DNA from: the human T2T-CHM13v2.0 reference genome, Homo sapiens | Assembly: GCF_009914755.1 (NCBI RefSeq) | Contig: NC_060945.1 | Direction: 5' to 3' (one strand) | DNA length: 64,000 bases | Shown here: positions 1 through 12,410 of the stretch, piece by piece | Numbering within the stretch: position 1 is the first letter of the stretch | Layout of the letters: each line of letters begins with the position of its first letter | Notes under the pieces: generated by a model | What the model saw: the letters and a program-made list of their open reading frames with translations, nothing else | What the model was told of the DNA's origin: nothing | Databases searched by the model: none | Translations under genes and position numbers: made by a program

Positions 1-2112
1 CCAGGCAGCTGCCCTGCAGACCAGCACCCCAGAGGCTCTTCACCTGGCCTTCTGGCAGGGAGAGAGCTGCTTCCATGGCAACTGCCAGCCGCAGCAGAGG
101 TCACAGAGGAAACGAAGAAAAAAGCAACAACAGCAGCATTAATAATGGCAATCAGAAAAGCAGGTGCAAAATGCACCACCGGAAAAATGCTGTTTTCCCG
201 AGGAGGTGGCTGGGATGGGGCGAGATTAGAAAAGGGCTTGAGAGAGAAGGAGAAGATTGAGCAGGAAGTCAGAGATGACATTTTGGGCTGAAGGATGGGG
301 ACAGCTTATTCTCCCTAAGTACCCAGCATAATGAAATCTCAGGGATCTGAGGAAGTTAGTGGGTTGTTTACATACATAATTAAATACAATTCTATTTTTT
401 GCAGAAGCAGATTAACACTTATTTCCCACTTATTTCTGAGACATGCAAAGTATTTTCAGAGCTTGAGTTTTTTTCAGTGATCAGATATGTCTGTGTAAGG
501 AGCAGAAAGGCATCATAATGTCCATTTTGCAGATGAGAAATCATACAGAGAATCCAAGTCTCAGAAATGGCTCACTCTCAGGCACTTCAGCCTAAAGATC
601 TTCTGTCACTCACTCTTGAAAACAATTTTCAAGAACTGACATCTTCCAGCATTGAAAAATGGGCATTCCTCTGCAGTTCAGGAAGAGTTGTACATTTTAA
701 CCTATTCTCTTGAAGACAACACTGATTACAGATATCAGAAGGGTGAAAATGTTGCATTTGATTGATCCAGCCATCTGACTTCTTAGGATTTAATCTAAGA
801 AAATGATCTTGGAGATAGCAAAAGACATACCACCAGGATGTTCATTGTAGTGGTGTTTATACTAATGAAAACTCGAAAATAATTGACCCGTTTGGCAATA
901 TGAGATTTGTTAAACACATAGTGAGAGATATCATTACAAATTGTAGAAAAGTACTTAAGAGATACATAAGCTCCATTTATATTTGGGATGCTGTTAATGA
1001 GGGTAGCAGAGATGAGGTGGTGGGAAGGAAGCCAAGATCAACCTCTCTTGAAAGTTGCAACAAACCTCCGGTCTTCTGTTAGCCATCTGGGTGTGGCAAT
1101 CACCTTAATCTTGGTGATGGAGAAACAGGGACTTGAGACTAAGCTGCCATCTTCCCTGCAGTAGGGAGTGGCTGATTGCTCTGATGGTGGGCAGGAAAAG
1201 AAGAGGTAGGTTTGGGAGCTGGACACCCTTTCCCTACAATAAATGGGCCAGGCATGCAATCCTTGTGGATGAAACCCAAGCGCAGTGGCTTCCTCTCCTC
1301 CTGCCAGGAGGCGGGCTGACAATCAGCATTCATGGACCATTGCCTGATTGCTCAGTTCTCTGCACACCTGTTAATTTCACCCCCCCGGAAACATGAGTGG
1401 CTCGCAGTGTGTTAAGGGGTGTGAATACACTGGTGCGTGCCTGTGTGCATGTGCGTGTGTGGGTGATGAAATTATTTAGCCAGTTATCACTGCCTGTTCC
1501 TGGGTTAGCTCTCAGTGGGAAAATGATGGAAGCTGTTTTGCCTTCTCCACAATGCTTATCTCTATCTTCTGAATTTGCAACACTAAATATAATGTTGTTT
1601 GTAATAGAAAAAAGAGCAAAAACATTATTTTTAAATATTGATGTTTCTAGTCAATAAAATAATCTGTTCCCCTTCCCACATCTCCCGCACAGTAAGCATG
1701 CTTGCAGATTCCTAGTTAAGCATTACTGCTTCCTCCCACACTGGACTTCACAGGGTCTCAGGAAAGAAACACACTCACGGTTCTCCTGTCAACCTGGATT
1801 CCATGTGTCCAAACAAAGGAATTGTAAAACGGCATGATTCTTTGAATCTCACCAGATTGTTAGCCTCATACGTCTTTCTTTTAAGTCTTGGGTATGGGAA
1901 ACTTGAACTAAATCCTATTTGAAGAGCAGTGCCTTCAAAGTAAGATGCAGAGCGCTGTCTGCGTTTTTTATAGGGCACAGAACTACGGAGAGCACGCATC
2001 AAAGACCTCCGCCTAGCACGGGCAAAGGTCTGCTTCTGCATTTAAGCATCTGAGCCCTCAAGAGTTAGCTCCCGGGCTCCTCTGGAGCAAGGTTCCGCCC
2101 GGTCCCACGTAC

Positions 2113-2280
2113 CTGCCTCGTCCGCCGTGATGGTGAGCTCGTTGCTGGGCTCGCTCTTGCCAATCCGGTTCTTGGCGTACATGCGGATGCTGTAGGTGGA
2201 GGAAGGGTGGATATCAATGATGGTGGCCGAGTTCAGCTGAGGGGAAACATCTTTGGTTCTCTGAGCAGAATCCCAGGAGT
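2113..2280 (-). CDS. DSCAM: DSCAM coding exon (168 bp, probably exon 15), second half of FNIII domain 1
   Basis: cccaaaag|ACTCCTGGGAT...GAGGCAG|gtacgt. It translates as (D)[55 protein letters not shown]. Phase 1 to 1. Confidence 0.97.
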
Positions 2281-2370
2281 CTTTTGGGTTTTGTTTTTCA
2301 AAAAAGAAGAGATAGAGACGTGAGTTTTTTTCCTCTGCCTTTGAAAGTTCACAAGTAGGAATTAAAAACC

Positions 2371-2395
2371 AAAAAAAAAAAAAAAAAAAAAAAAA
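2371..2395 (+). repeat. Poly(A)25 tract (U25 in the DSCAM pre-mRNA)
   Basis: Mononucleotide run with no adjacent Alu or L1 body visible. Confidence 0.9.
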
Positions 2396-3229
2396 GACGG
2401 AAAGAAAGAAAAATTACACTCAAAGTGATTTCTGAATGCAATGTTCCCAGCTTTCTGGCAGAGTTGGCCATCAGAGGGGATGTGACATCCCACACACATT
2501 ATTCACGCTGCGAGGGACATGGGGCAACAAGCCAGCTGAGTTCAGGGAGGGGTGATGGAGGAAGCACAGATCAGCCGACTGGGGGAGATCTCAGAAGGCA
2601 AATTCCAGTGGTGGAAGCTCAGGTTAGTGGAATGGACGATGGCCACTGTAAGCACTCATTGTATAGGACAGTACAATGAACTATGGTTTGGATAGTACCC
2701 CTGGGCCCCCCCAAAATCCCTGGCATTTGAAAACCAGCAAAACTTCAAGCCATATCAGATCCTTTCCTCCCCAAATAGAGTGTGGTAAAAACAAGATAAT
2801 CCCATACAAACCAATCTCAAGTTCCAGAATAAATCCTGATTACCAAACATATTTTTTCAGTTCTATTTTTTGAAATCATTTAGTGCCAAATCCTTGGTTG
2901 TAGGAATTATTTTTCAACCACAGCTAATTATAACAGCAGCACCTACTTTGTGTGAAATGTTATCACTGAATCTGTGACATTTTGTATCTGGTGGTTTTCA
3001 GGCTTCAAGCAAGGATGAGAATGTCAATACGTGGTTCTTATATCAAAAGAGTTTGGGCAGTTGTTGACTGTAGGTGTGTGGTCGACAGCTGGTATTGGCT
3101 GGGGATGAAAAAAGGAGGGCCCAAGACAGTAGACAGAGATGGTGCCTACATATTCCCACCCTCCTCAGGGTCTGCCTTGGTGGTGCTCACCACACAAGTA
3201 AGTCTTCCATGGATAATCTGAATCTGTGT

Positions 3230-3355
3230 TCCCTGCTAGACTTTAAGCTCCAGGAGGGCAGAGGCCATGCTGGCCATACCCAGTCTTTTATCCCTAGTGC
3301 TAGCACAGTGCCTGGCTCATAGTAGACAAATAGTACATGAATGTTTAATAGAGGA
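3230..3355. mobile_element. L2 3'-end fragment
   Basis: ctagactttaagctccaggagggcag...agcacagtgcctggctcatagtag...aatgtt, typical of the L2 terminus. Confidence 0.6.
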
Positions 3356-4479
3356 ACAAATAAACCACAAATACATGGACCTCTGAGTCTTGGGAATGGG
3401 GCCAATCACTTTGTCACACTAAGGGTGAGTATGGCAGTTTAGGGGACTTCTCTGTCCAGAGTTAAACATAAATGCAAGAGATTTTCTGGAATTGAAGAAA
3501 AAATATGTGGCTTAAAGACTGCTTTTGGATACTGTAACTTCTCAGAGAATGAAGCCTAATAGAATCTGACAATGAATATTGCAGTTAGAAGGAAAAAGCA
3601 TATTTGGGGTCAAGAAGATTAGAGGTGGAAAAACATGAAATACAAAGAGTTGGAAAAAAATTGACAAGGGGAAGAATGGGATTCAATGGAAGACAAATGA
3701 GGAGAGGAAATTTTATATCAATGAAACGGCACACACCTATGAGGCTTGTCCCACAGAGAGAAAGCCAGACCTTCTGCAGAGATGTTTAGGAGGATGAGGA
3801 GGAATGCCAGGTGCCACAAGATGCAGAGACATTTGCTAAGTAGCCCCTGGAGGAAGTAGGCAGTTGTGGTGGTTGATGCCTCTGCCCAGGCAACATTGAA
3901 GTTTCTGAAACTGACGGGGCCAATGAAGATACAGCCATCTTCACTGGAGGCTCTTGTCTGGGAGTTGGCAGGCAGCCTGGAGAGGCATATGAGTGTCCAT
4001 GACTGCAGTCCCTTACACCAATCCAAGGCATATGGTGGACCTGGGTAGGGTGGGGACAGTCCCCTCTTGGTGGTCACTGGGCACCTCCACATCCATGCCC
4101 TATAGGTTCCTTTAGCTCAGCCCCTATCTCAGTGATGTCACCTTGTTCAACAGTCTCCCAGTGTGACTTATAAATCCTCTCTGATGCTGCGTTTGCACCC
4201 TGTCTGTAGCAACTACCACTAACTCCCTCCAATGGGCTGGGGGACCCGTTACAAAGCCCATCCTCACCCTCCTGTCCGTGGCCTTCCCAGACTCTCCCCA
4301 GTCACACTTGCCACTTTTCAGATCTTGGATGTCCATGCATACATTTCTGTTTGTGTTTTACGCCTAAGAACTTTTTTATTGGGTCAATGGTGCATTCTTC
4401 CTAGTTATATTTATATCTCAATTTTCAGTTTCCTCCTCCCATCAGGTCAATGTGCTGGGCATTTTCAAACGTGACTTCT

Positions 4480-4800
4480 GTGGCCCCAAATCTGTGGGCA
4501 CATTGGAAACACCTTGGGGCTTTTTGATAATTCTGCTTTCAGACCTACCAAACCAGAGTCTCTGGGGAATGGTGCCCAGAAACCTGTGCTTTTAAAAAGG
4601 CTCCCTATCTTGGTCATTCCGATGTATAGTTTGGACAGACTGCTTCATTTGATTAAAATTGTACAACATCCTGTCAAGGTAAGGTTTTTATTTCCTTAGT
4701 GAAAGTCAAGAAACTCAAGCCCTGTTACATAGCTGGTAACAAGAAGGGCTGGGATTTGGCCTCGCCTGTGTTATCTCCAAGTTCAAGGTCATTTTTCTGT
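4480..4800. mobile_element. MER5-type hAT-Charlie fragment followed by a MIR fragment
   Basis: cagagtctctggggaatggtgcccagaaacctgtgcttttaaaaaggctccc (MER5-like), then MIR-core-like sequence. Confidence 0.5.
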
Positions 4801-5647
4801 AATGCATGACCTCCACATACTCTCTGAAAACACCTAATAAGACAGGATTTTGATATTTCCGGGCACCTGCTGAAAATCTCGTATGCCTAGAAGAAGACCT
4901 TCTGGCAAATTATTGACTTGACAATGCACAGAAATCGTTTGGTCAAATGTAAGAGAAGAAAACTTTGGCCAAGAATGACTGTACCATCTGTGGGTTTGTA
5001 GGAAGACTGAGAGGGCTGTATAGGCTCGGAGTTGCAGCCTGGTTTAGGAAGATGTCAGAAGCATTCACGAAAGAGTGGGCGGGATGCCATGGCTTGCTCC
5101 AGGGAGACTGGTGGTGTAGGAGGATGGGGCAGTTCAGAGTCCCACTGCAGCCTCTGTGAGGTGAGGAAGGAGTGAAGAGCTGACAGGAGCCAGTGAGACT
5201 GCGCTGGGTGCTTGCTGGGGAGCTCGCCTTGGGGGTCAGATACCCCAAATCCAGTGGATGCAAGAGCAACAAGGACTAATATAAGAGAGTGGACTTGGTA
5301 TGAAGAAGTGCTGTTAGAGGCTAAAGACCAGAATGAGTGAAGGTGACTGAAAGTTCTGGAGGTGAATTACATGAAAGGTTTAACAATGGAGAGGTAGCTG
5401 GGAGAGGGAGCGGGCCCTTCATGTTGGTGAATAGGAGGAGGTGTGGGGACACAGGAGAGCCCCTTGTTCTCTGTCTTATTCTTCTCAAGGATAACAGTCC
5501 TCAGGGTGAACTAGGGGTGGGAAGACCAAGAGAGGAGAGGGGTTGGGGTGTGCACCTTCTGTGTCAGAGTCTGTGTTTCCTGGTTACCTTTCAGGGTGTG
5601 ACAGAGCTTGCCATGGTGCTGAAACCTGGTCAGAGACCTGTGAGCCA

Positions 5648-7470
5648 CCACGGACAGGAGGGAGGGACAAGAGAAACTGTGGACAGGACGGAGGCACCGG
5701 AGAAACTGTGGACAGCAGAGGCCAACAGAGAAACCGTGGACAGGAGGGAGGTACCAGAGAAACTGTGGACAGGAGGGGCCAGCAGAGAAACCGTGGACAG
5801 AACGGGCCACCAGAGAAACCGTGGACAGGAGGGGGCTACCAGAGAAACCGTGGACAGGGGGGGGTTACCAGAGAAACCGTGGACAGGGGGGGGTTACCAG
5901 AGAAACCGTGGACGGGAGGGGGTTACCAGAGAAACCGTGGACGGGGGGGCTACCAGAGAAACCGTGGACAGGAGGGGGTTACCAGAGAAACCGTGGACGG
6001 GGGGGGGGGGTTACCAGAGAAACCGTGGACGGGGGGGGGGGGTTACCAGAGAAACCGTGGACGGGGGGGCTACCAGAGAAACCGTGGACGGGGGGGGCTA
6101 CCAGAGAAACCGTGGACGGGGGGGGGGTTACCAGAGAAACCGTGGACGGGGGGGGGGTTACCAGAGAAACCGTGGACGGGGGGGGGGCCACCAGAGAAAC
6201 CGTGGACGGGGGGGGGTTACCAGAGAAACCGTGGACGGGGGGGCTACCAGAGAAACCGTGGACGGGGGGGGGTTACCAGAGAAACCGTGGACGGGGGGGG
6301 GTTACCAGAGAAACCGTGGACAGGAGGGGGTTACCAGAGAAACCGTGGACGGGGGGGGTTACCAGAGAAACCGTGGACGGGGGGGGCCAGCAGAGAAACC
6401 GTGGACAGAACGGGCCACCAGAGAAACCGTGGACAGGAGGGGGTTACCAGAGAAACCGTGGACAGGAGGGGGTTACCAGAGAAACCGTGGACAGGAGGGG
6501 GTTACCAGAGAAACCGTGGACAGAACGGGCCACCAGAGAAACCGTGGACAGGAGGGGGGTACCAGAGAAACCGTGGACGGGGGGGGTTACCAGAGAAACC
6601 GTGGACAGAACGGGCCACCAGAGAAACCGTGGACAGGAGGGGGGTACCAGAGAAACCGTGGACGGGGGGGGTTACCAGAGAAACCGTGGACAGAACGGGC
6701 CACCAGAGAAACCGTGGACAGGAGGGGGGTACCAGAGAAACCGTGGACAGGAGGGGGTTACCAGAGAAACCGTGGACGGGGGGGCTACCAGAGAAACCGT
6801 GGACGGGGGGGGGTTACCAGAGAAACCGTGGACGGGGGGGGGTTACCAGAGAAACCGTGGACAGGAGGGGGTTACCAGAGAAACCGTGGACGGGGGGGGT
6901 TACCAGAGAAACCGTGGACGGGGGGGGCCAGCAGAGAAACCGTGGACAGAACGGGCCACCAGAGAAACCGTGGACAGGAGGGGGTTACCAGAGAAACCGT
7001 GGACAGGAGGGGGTTACCAGAGAAACCGTGGACGGGGGGGGTTACCAGAGAAACCGTGGACAGAACGGGCCACCAGAGAAACCGTGGACAGGAGGGGGGT
7101 ACCAGAGAAACCGTGGACGGGAGGGGGTTACCAGAGAAACCGTGGACAGGAGGGGGTTACCAGAGAAACCGTGGACGGGGGGGCTACCAGAGAAACCGTG
7201 GACAGGAGGGGGCTACCAGAGAAACCGTGGACAGGAGGGGGCTACCAGAGAAACCGTGGACGGGGGGGGCCACCAGAGAAACCGTGGACGGGGGGGCTAC
7301 CAGAGAAACCGTGGACGGGGGGGGGTTACCAGAGAAACCGTGGACGGGGGGGGTTACCAGAGAAACCGTGGACGGGGGGGGCCACCAGAGAAACCGTGGA
7401 CGGGGGGGGTTACCAGAGAAACCGTGGACAGGAGAGGCAACAAGAGAACCTGCGGACAGGAGATGGCCCC
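5648..7470 (+). repeat. G-rich minisatellite/VNTR, ~64 units of ~27-32 bp: constant CCAGAGAAACCGTGGAC plus a variable G-rich segment
   Basis: Directly visible tandem array. Variable segments include AGGAGGGGGTTA, G7-12TTA, G7-8CTA, AGAACGGGCCA and AGGAGGGGGGTA. Degenerate units occur at both edges. Confidence 0.98.
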
Positions 7471-8229
7471 CACAGGAACAGACTCTGAAGGGCAGGCTGC
7501 CTTCCAAGGAAGGGAATAAAGGGAGGCAACAAACTGCAGACGAATCTGCTGGAGGTCCCCAGACAATATGCTCGAAGGGATGTTAAAGGTGGCCTTGGGT
7601 CCTTGTAGGGGAGAAGCAGTAGTCCCTGGGAATCAGAAAATATGGCAACCAAGGCAACCTGTGTAATTGCCACCTATGGGAGAAGAAGAATGTTCCAGAT
7701 AAGGAAGGGACAGCTTCACTGTGCCTGTGCCCGCTCAGATGACGCCTCTGGTGCTGCCACTGGGCATGACCAGAGTTAGGGGGGCAGGAGATGATGACAG
7801 GAGATACAATAACAAGGACTTGGGGTGTTCAGTGTTTCCTGGAAAAGAGTAAACCAAGGAAAGTCATCTGTTGTCAAATCCTGGGAGGACTGTCATTTGG
7901 CCAAAGGGTTAAGAGGTGGGAGGAGAGACACTGGATCCAGGAAGGTCTATTTTGGTGCAATAAATGTAAGAACTTGTAGCAGTCACAGCTGGCCAAAGGC
8001 AGAGCTGTGCTCCCTGGGTTAGTGAGTTTCTGTTTCTCGGATTGTTCAAGCATAGAGTGAATGGTCACTTGCAGAAGTTCTTTCTGTTACGAATGTGAAG
8101 TACTTTAATACATTGGTTATATGCTGCTTTCTTTGAAAATTAATGAAAAGGAAAGGAAAACTTTTGGGGGGATAATTTCACCGTTGCCTAAAACAGATGT
8201 TGAGAGTCAACAATTTGACTAATGGTTAT

Positions 8230-8480
8230 TATGAGTCTCGTATACATGTCAGGCACTATGAGGGGCACAGGGACATAGCATAAGGTTTGTCAGAGACAAT
8301 TCCAGCCCTCAGGGCTCACTATGGCCCATAGGGGGACAACTGTTCAGTGGGGTGCAGATAGTAAATTAATAGTCACAAGCCCACCAAGTGTTCCAAGACA
8401 TGCTATGAATAGTGAAGGGGAATAGGTAGTCAGGGAAGGCTTCCTGGAAGAAGTGACATTTAGGCTGTTATTAATACTTG
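8230..8480. mobile_element. L2 fragment
   Basis: atgtcaggcactatg...gtcagggaaggcttcctggaagaagtgacatttaggctg. Confidence 0.55.
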
Positions 8481-11356
8481 AAGGATCAGTTTTCTATGTA
8501 CTCAGTCTAAAACTACACTCACTTAAATTATGGTTGTAATTTTTATACACCAAAAATTTCTGGAGGAAGAAACTAATACATGAAAAATCTGACTAACACA
8601 ACTCGTACAGCAGTGAGTACAGGTGCTATCTACTCTCAGCACAGCTCCTTCCTCCCAGGGCTTCCAAACTGAAAGTAATTGAAGTTCTGTAGGGTCCTGG
8701 TAGAGACCTTGGTCATGGACTTGGATCTGCTTGTCCTGTGGGCTTTTCTCCTGGGACCCATGCTGCCCCTTAAAATGACTTGCTCCAGGGCTACATAAAC
8801 ATCTTAGCCACACCACTGGCCCTGTCTCTGGTTGAAGTAGGGCATGAAGGATGGAAAAGAGTATCCCTCAATCCCGCCTGTACTCAGCTTTATAGACAAG
8901 GAGCTTTCCTGCTTTGGTTATATAAACCATGATCAATTTATACATTTAAAGATGCTGTTGATAATAATGATTCTTAGATTTCAATTGCATGTAAATTAAT
9001 GCAATAAACATTTACAGTATGCTCTTCACTTGACATTGTGCTGGGTGCTGGGGATCCCAGGACACAGAGAACCAGAGTCCCTGCCTTTGGGAAACTCCTG
9101 GGTAAGAGTAGGGAGATAGTGAGGACACTTAGATGCTGAGTAAGTAGTTTAACACAGAGGGTTTTAGAGGCATTTTACTCCTAAGTATTTTCCTGCATGC
9201 TGGAGCAATCTACAAGCTACCACCTATTAGATGTTGAGTATGCTCCAGACAACGAGGAAGGCGTTTTCAATGTCTTCCCTTCTTAGAGTTCACCAATTTC
9301 CATTGAGTGTCTCCACATGTTGGGTGCGGTGCTGGGTGTTGGAGAAATGAGCTGGGTGAAAATAGACCTACTAGGTGCAGGGAGCCCCCAAGGAGCCTCT
9401 AGCGTGGTGGAGGTGAAATGCATTAATCAGCATATTTGTCAGTAATCATAGAGATACATATATAGTGACCCATAATGCCACCTGCCCAGATTGAAAGGGA
9501 GAAGGAGCTGGGTGAGCACCTGAGAATTGAGATCTATGGAGGGGGTAGTAACTGGGTGGCTCAGGGAAGGGAGGACTCCAGGCAGAGGGCAGCTGGTGGC
9601 CTTTGTGGTCTCCTTGCCAGTCCTTTGAGGTGGATGCAGCAGTGCCCACTTCACAGGTGAGATGCGCAAGCGAGGGTGCAGAGCTGGTGCAACGCAGGCC
9701 CAGCAGCGAATCCCACACAGGCTGGGTCCCAAATCACTGAGCCCAGGCCTGCCACCAGCATCCGGCAATGCCCGCTCCTCCATGAGGACAGGGGAGGTCC
9801 TGGGCTGCTCCAGTAGGAGAGGTCTCCTGTGTGCTCCCGCACCAACAGCATGGGCAGCCTGCAGCCCCATAGCCAGTGCGCAGCCAGTGAGATAAAGGGC
9901 TGTCCCTGTCCCCACGGTGCTCACTGCATCTGTCTGAGCTCTCATCACTGTCACTAAGTTCCAGGACAGTTTCTGCTCAAATGTGCCTGCCTCACCTAAG
10001 AAGCATTTGCTTCACTTCAAGACCTGTATACATGAACTTGTAAGAAAGGCAAGGTCAGCCTCTCCTCCCTGGGCCCTTGGGAAACCTGTTGGTCCTAGTC
10101 CCCAAAAGATGCTTGTTCAGCTCAGCACTGTCTTGGGTGAGCCCCCCAGGTCACTGTGCCTCACCCCTGAGCCCAGGGCCCTGGCTCTGCAGCATTTCTT
10201 GGCTACGGTGAGACTTGCAGTCCAATCAACCCCGGAAGGCCCTTCCTCAGACTTTGTGTAAGTGACACCTCACTTCTAGGCCCCCAGTTGCAACTCAGAG
10301 GCCGATGACCTGAGCCATTCCATCTTTCCTCATGTGCATTTCCAACCCAGCAGTCACAGATACTACTTTTCAAAACACTATTTTTTGTTTTGATCCATAT
10401 CTTCTCAATCTTCAAATTCTGTTCTCCTGAATTCCCGAAGAGTCACCCCTCGGCTTGCCTTTGCAGTCACCATTTCCTGGCTCTGTTCCTGGCTTGCTCT
10501 TGCTGAAACATTTCCTCACTCCTGACCTGTGGTTCCCAGCTGCCTTGAGCTTGATTTTTTACTACAGCTTTAGTGCCAAAGATATTAGATGGGTCACAAC
10601 TGGGTAATCTGAAATAACGTGCGGTATCCAGGAAGTGAAAAATAAAGCTGCTTTTGCGGCCTAGAAGGATTTTATTAACCCTTCCCATGCTGGTGGTGCT
10701 CGAATTCCTCATATCTTTTATGAGACACAGTAAAAATTCTGACTAGAGGCCACTGTGGTGGTATTCTACCCTCGCCCAATGCATCATAAAGTTCAAAATG
10801 GCCCGGGCATTGTTCCTTGAAGGCAATGAATGGGCACACCTGCAGCGGCCCTGGCAGCAGGGTCAGTTTTATTTATGGGCTCTGGGCCGAGTGGTCCTGG
10901 GTGCAGCAGCCAGTGTCGCCGATGGTCCCTGAGCATTTCCAGGAGGTTGCTCCAGAGTGAATTTTCCTTTTTCTGCACCAACCACCACTGCACAGTTTAT
11001 CCGACCAACACCAAGCACAGCTTGAGCTCAACGCTCTGGGTGCAGGACATGGGCTCAGGCTCTACAAAAGTCACCCAGCTCGGGAAACGGGAAGTGAAGG
11101 GAGCAGGTGAAATAGAAAAGGTCATGGTGGGGGCCTGTCTCCATCAGCCACTGCCCACATGCCAACAGGAAGCTGCAATATCAAGGAGTCCAGCAGGAAG
11201 CAAGACTGAAGTCTGGGCTGGCTAAAAAAGAAAGAAGCAGAGCTGAGCCTCAACACGAAACTCCACTCCCACAGCAGAAAGCCAGGATGTGCTTCCAGCA
11301 AGGAGACTGGGGGAAGTGGTGCCCTCTGAGCTCCTGTGAGCTGAGCTGTGCGCTTA

Positions 11357-11665
<309 letters not shown>

Positions 11666-12179
11666 TTAGACAAGAACAGAAGCTTTTTATTTGGAAGCAT
11701 TTTCTTTTTCCTAATCACATTTTAGGGAAGAGAAATTCCACTTTCCCAAGACTTCCAATTTTCATAGCCCTTAAGAACTGGACCAAGCCTGGAGGATATA
11801 AAATGTCACGATTCTAGTTTGGATCTCTAACTCAAAACATATTTTGGCCCCAAATGTTAAACTTCCCTTTCATTCTGGTCATCTAGTACATGGATTCCTA
11901 AAATTGAGCAAAGAAATTCCACCGCTGTACTTGTGTGCATGTGGCTTGACTGTCATGGGCTTGTCATCTTGACTGGTTCCTCTAAGGGCTTCGTTCCCTG
12001 TTTGGGGGCTTTACTTTGACATAATCCCAGGCACTGCAAAATTCTGCTTTAGCACTGACATTATACATATTCAAAATTTCCTGGGAATTAGGAAGTGTTA
12101 CATGGCAAGTTGAGGACACAGAGATGCCTGAGGCTGAGCATACAGCTCCCATCCTGAAATGACTGTGTTTATTCTCTTA

Positions 12180-12293
<114 letters not shown>

Positions 12294-12410
12294 CTATGTG
12301 TAAAGCAGAAAGAAATTCATCTTTTTCAGTAGGCAAAATGACTTTGAGCCGTAAAGCTCTCTCTCTCCACTCTTTCAGTTCTCCTGCCATGCCAAGCACA
12401 CACATAGGTA

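Noticed and set aside
5860-7415. GGGTTA as an interstitial telomeric repeat
   Set aside because: It occurs singly per unit and is followed by CC; there is no tandem TTAGGG.
5648-7470. CRISPR-like pattern of constant repeat plus variable spacer
   Set aside because: The 'spacers' are 10-15-nt low-complexity variants that recur many times, there are no cas genes, and the DNA is primate intron. It is a minisatellite.
5337-7586. 749/658/555-aa ORFs as a novel protein-coding gene
   Set aside because: All three frames are open only because the unit lacks stops. G-run length changes shift frame constantly, and the listed starts are non-ATG codons.
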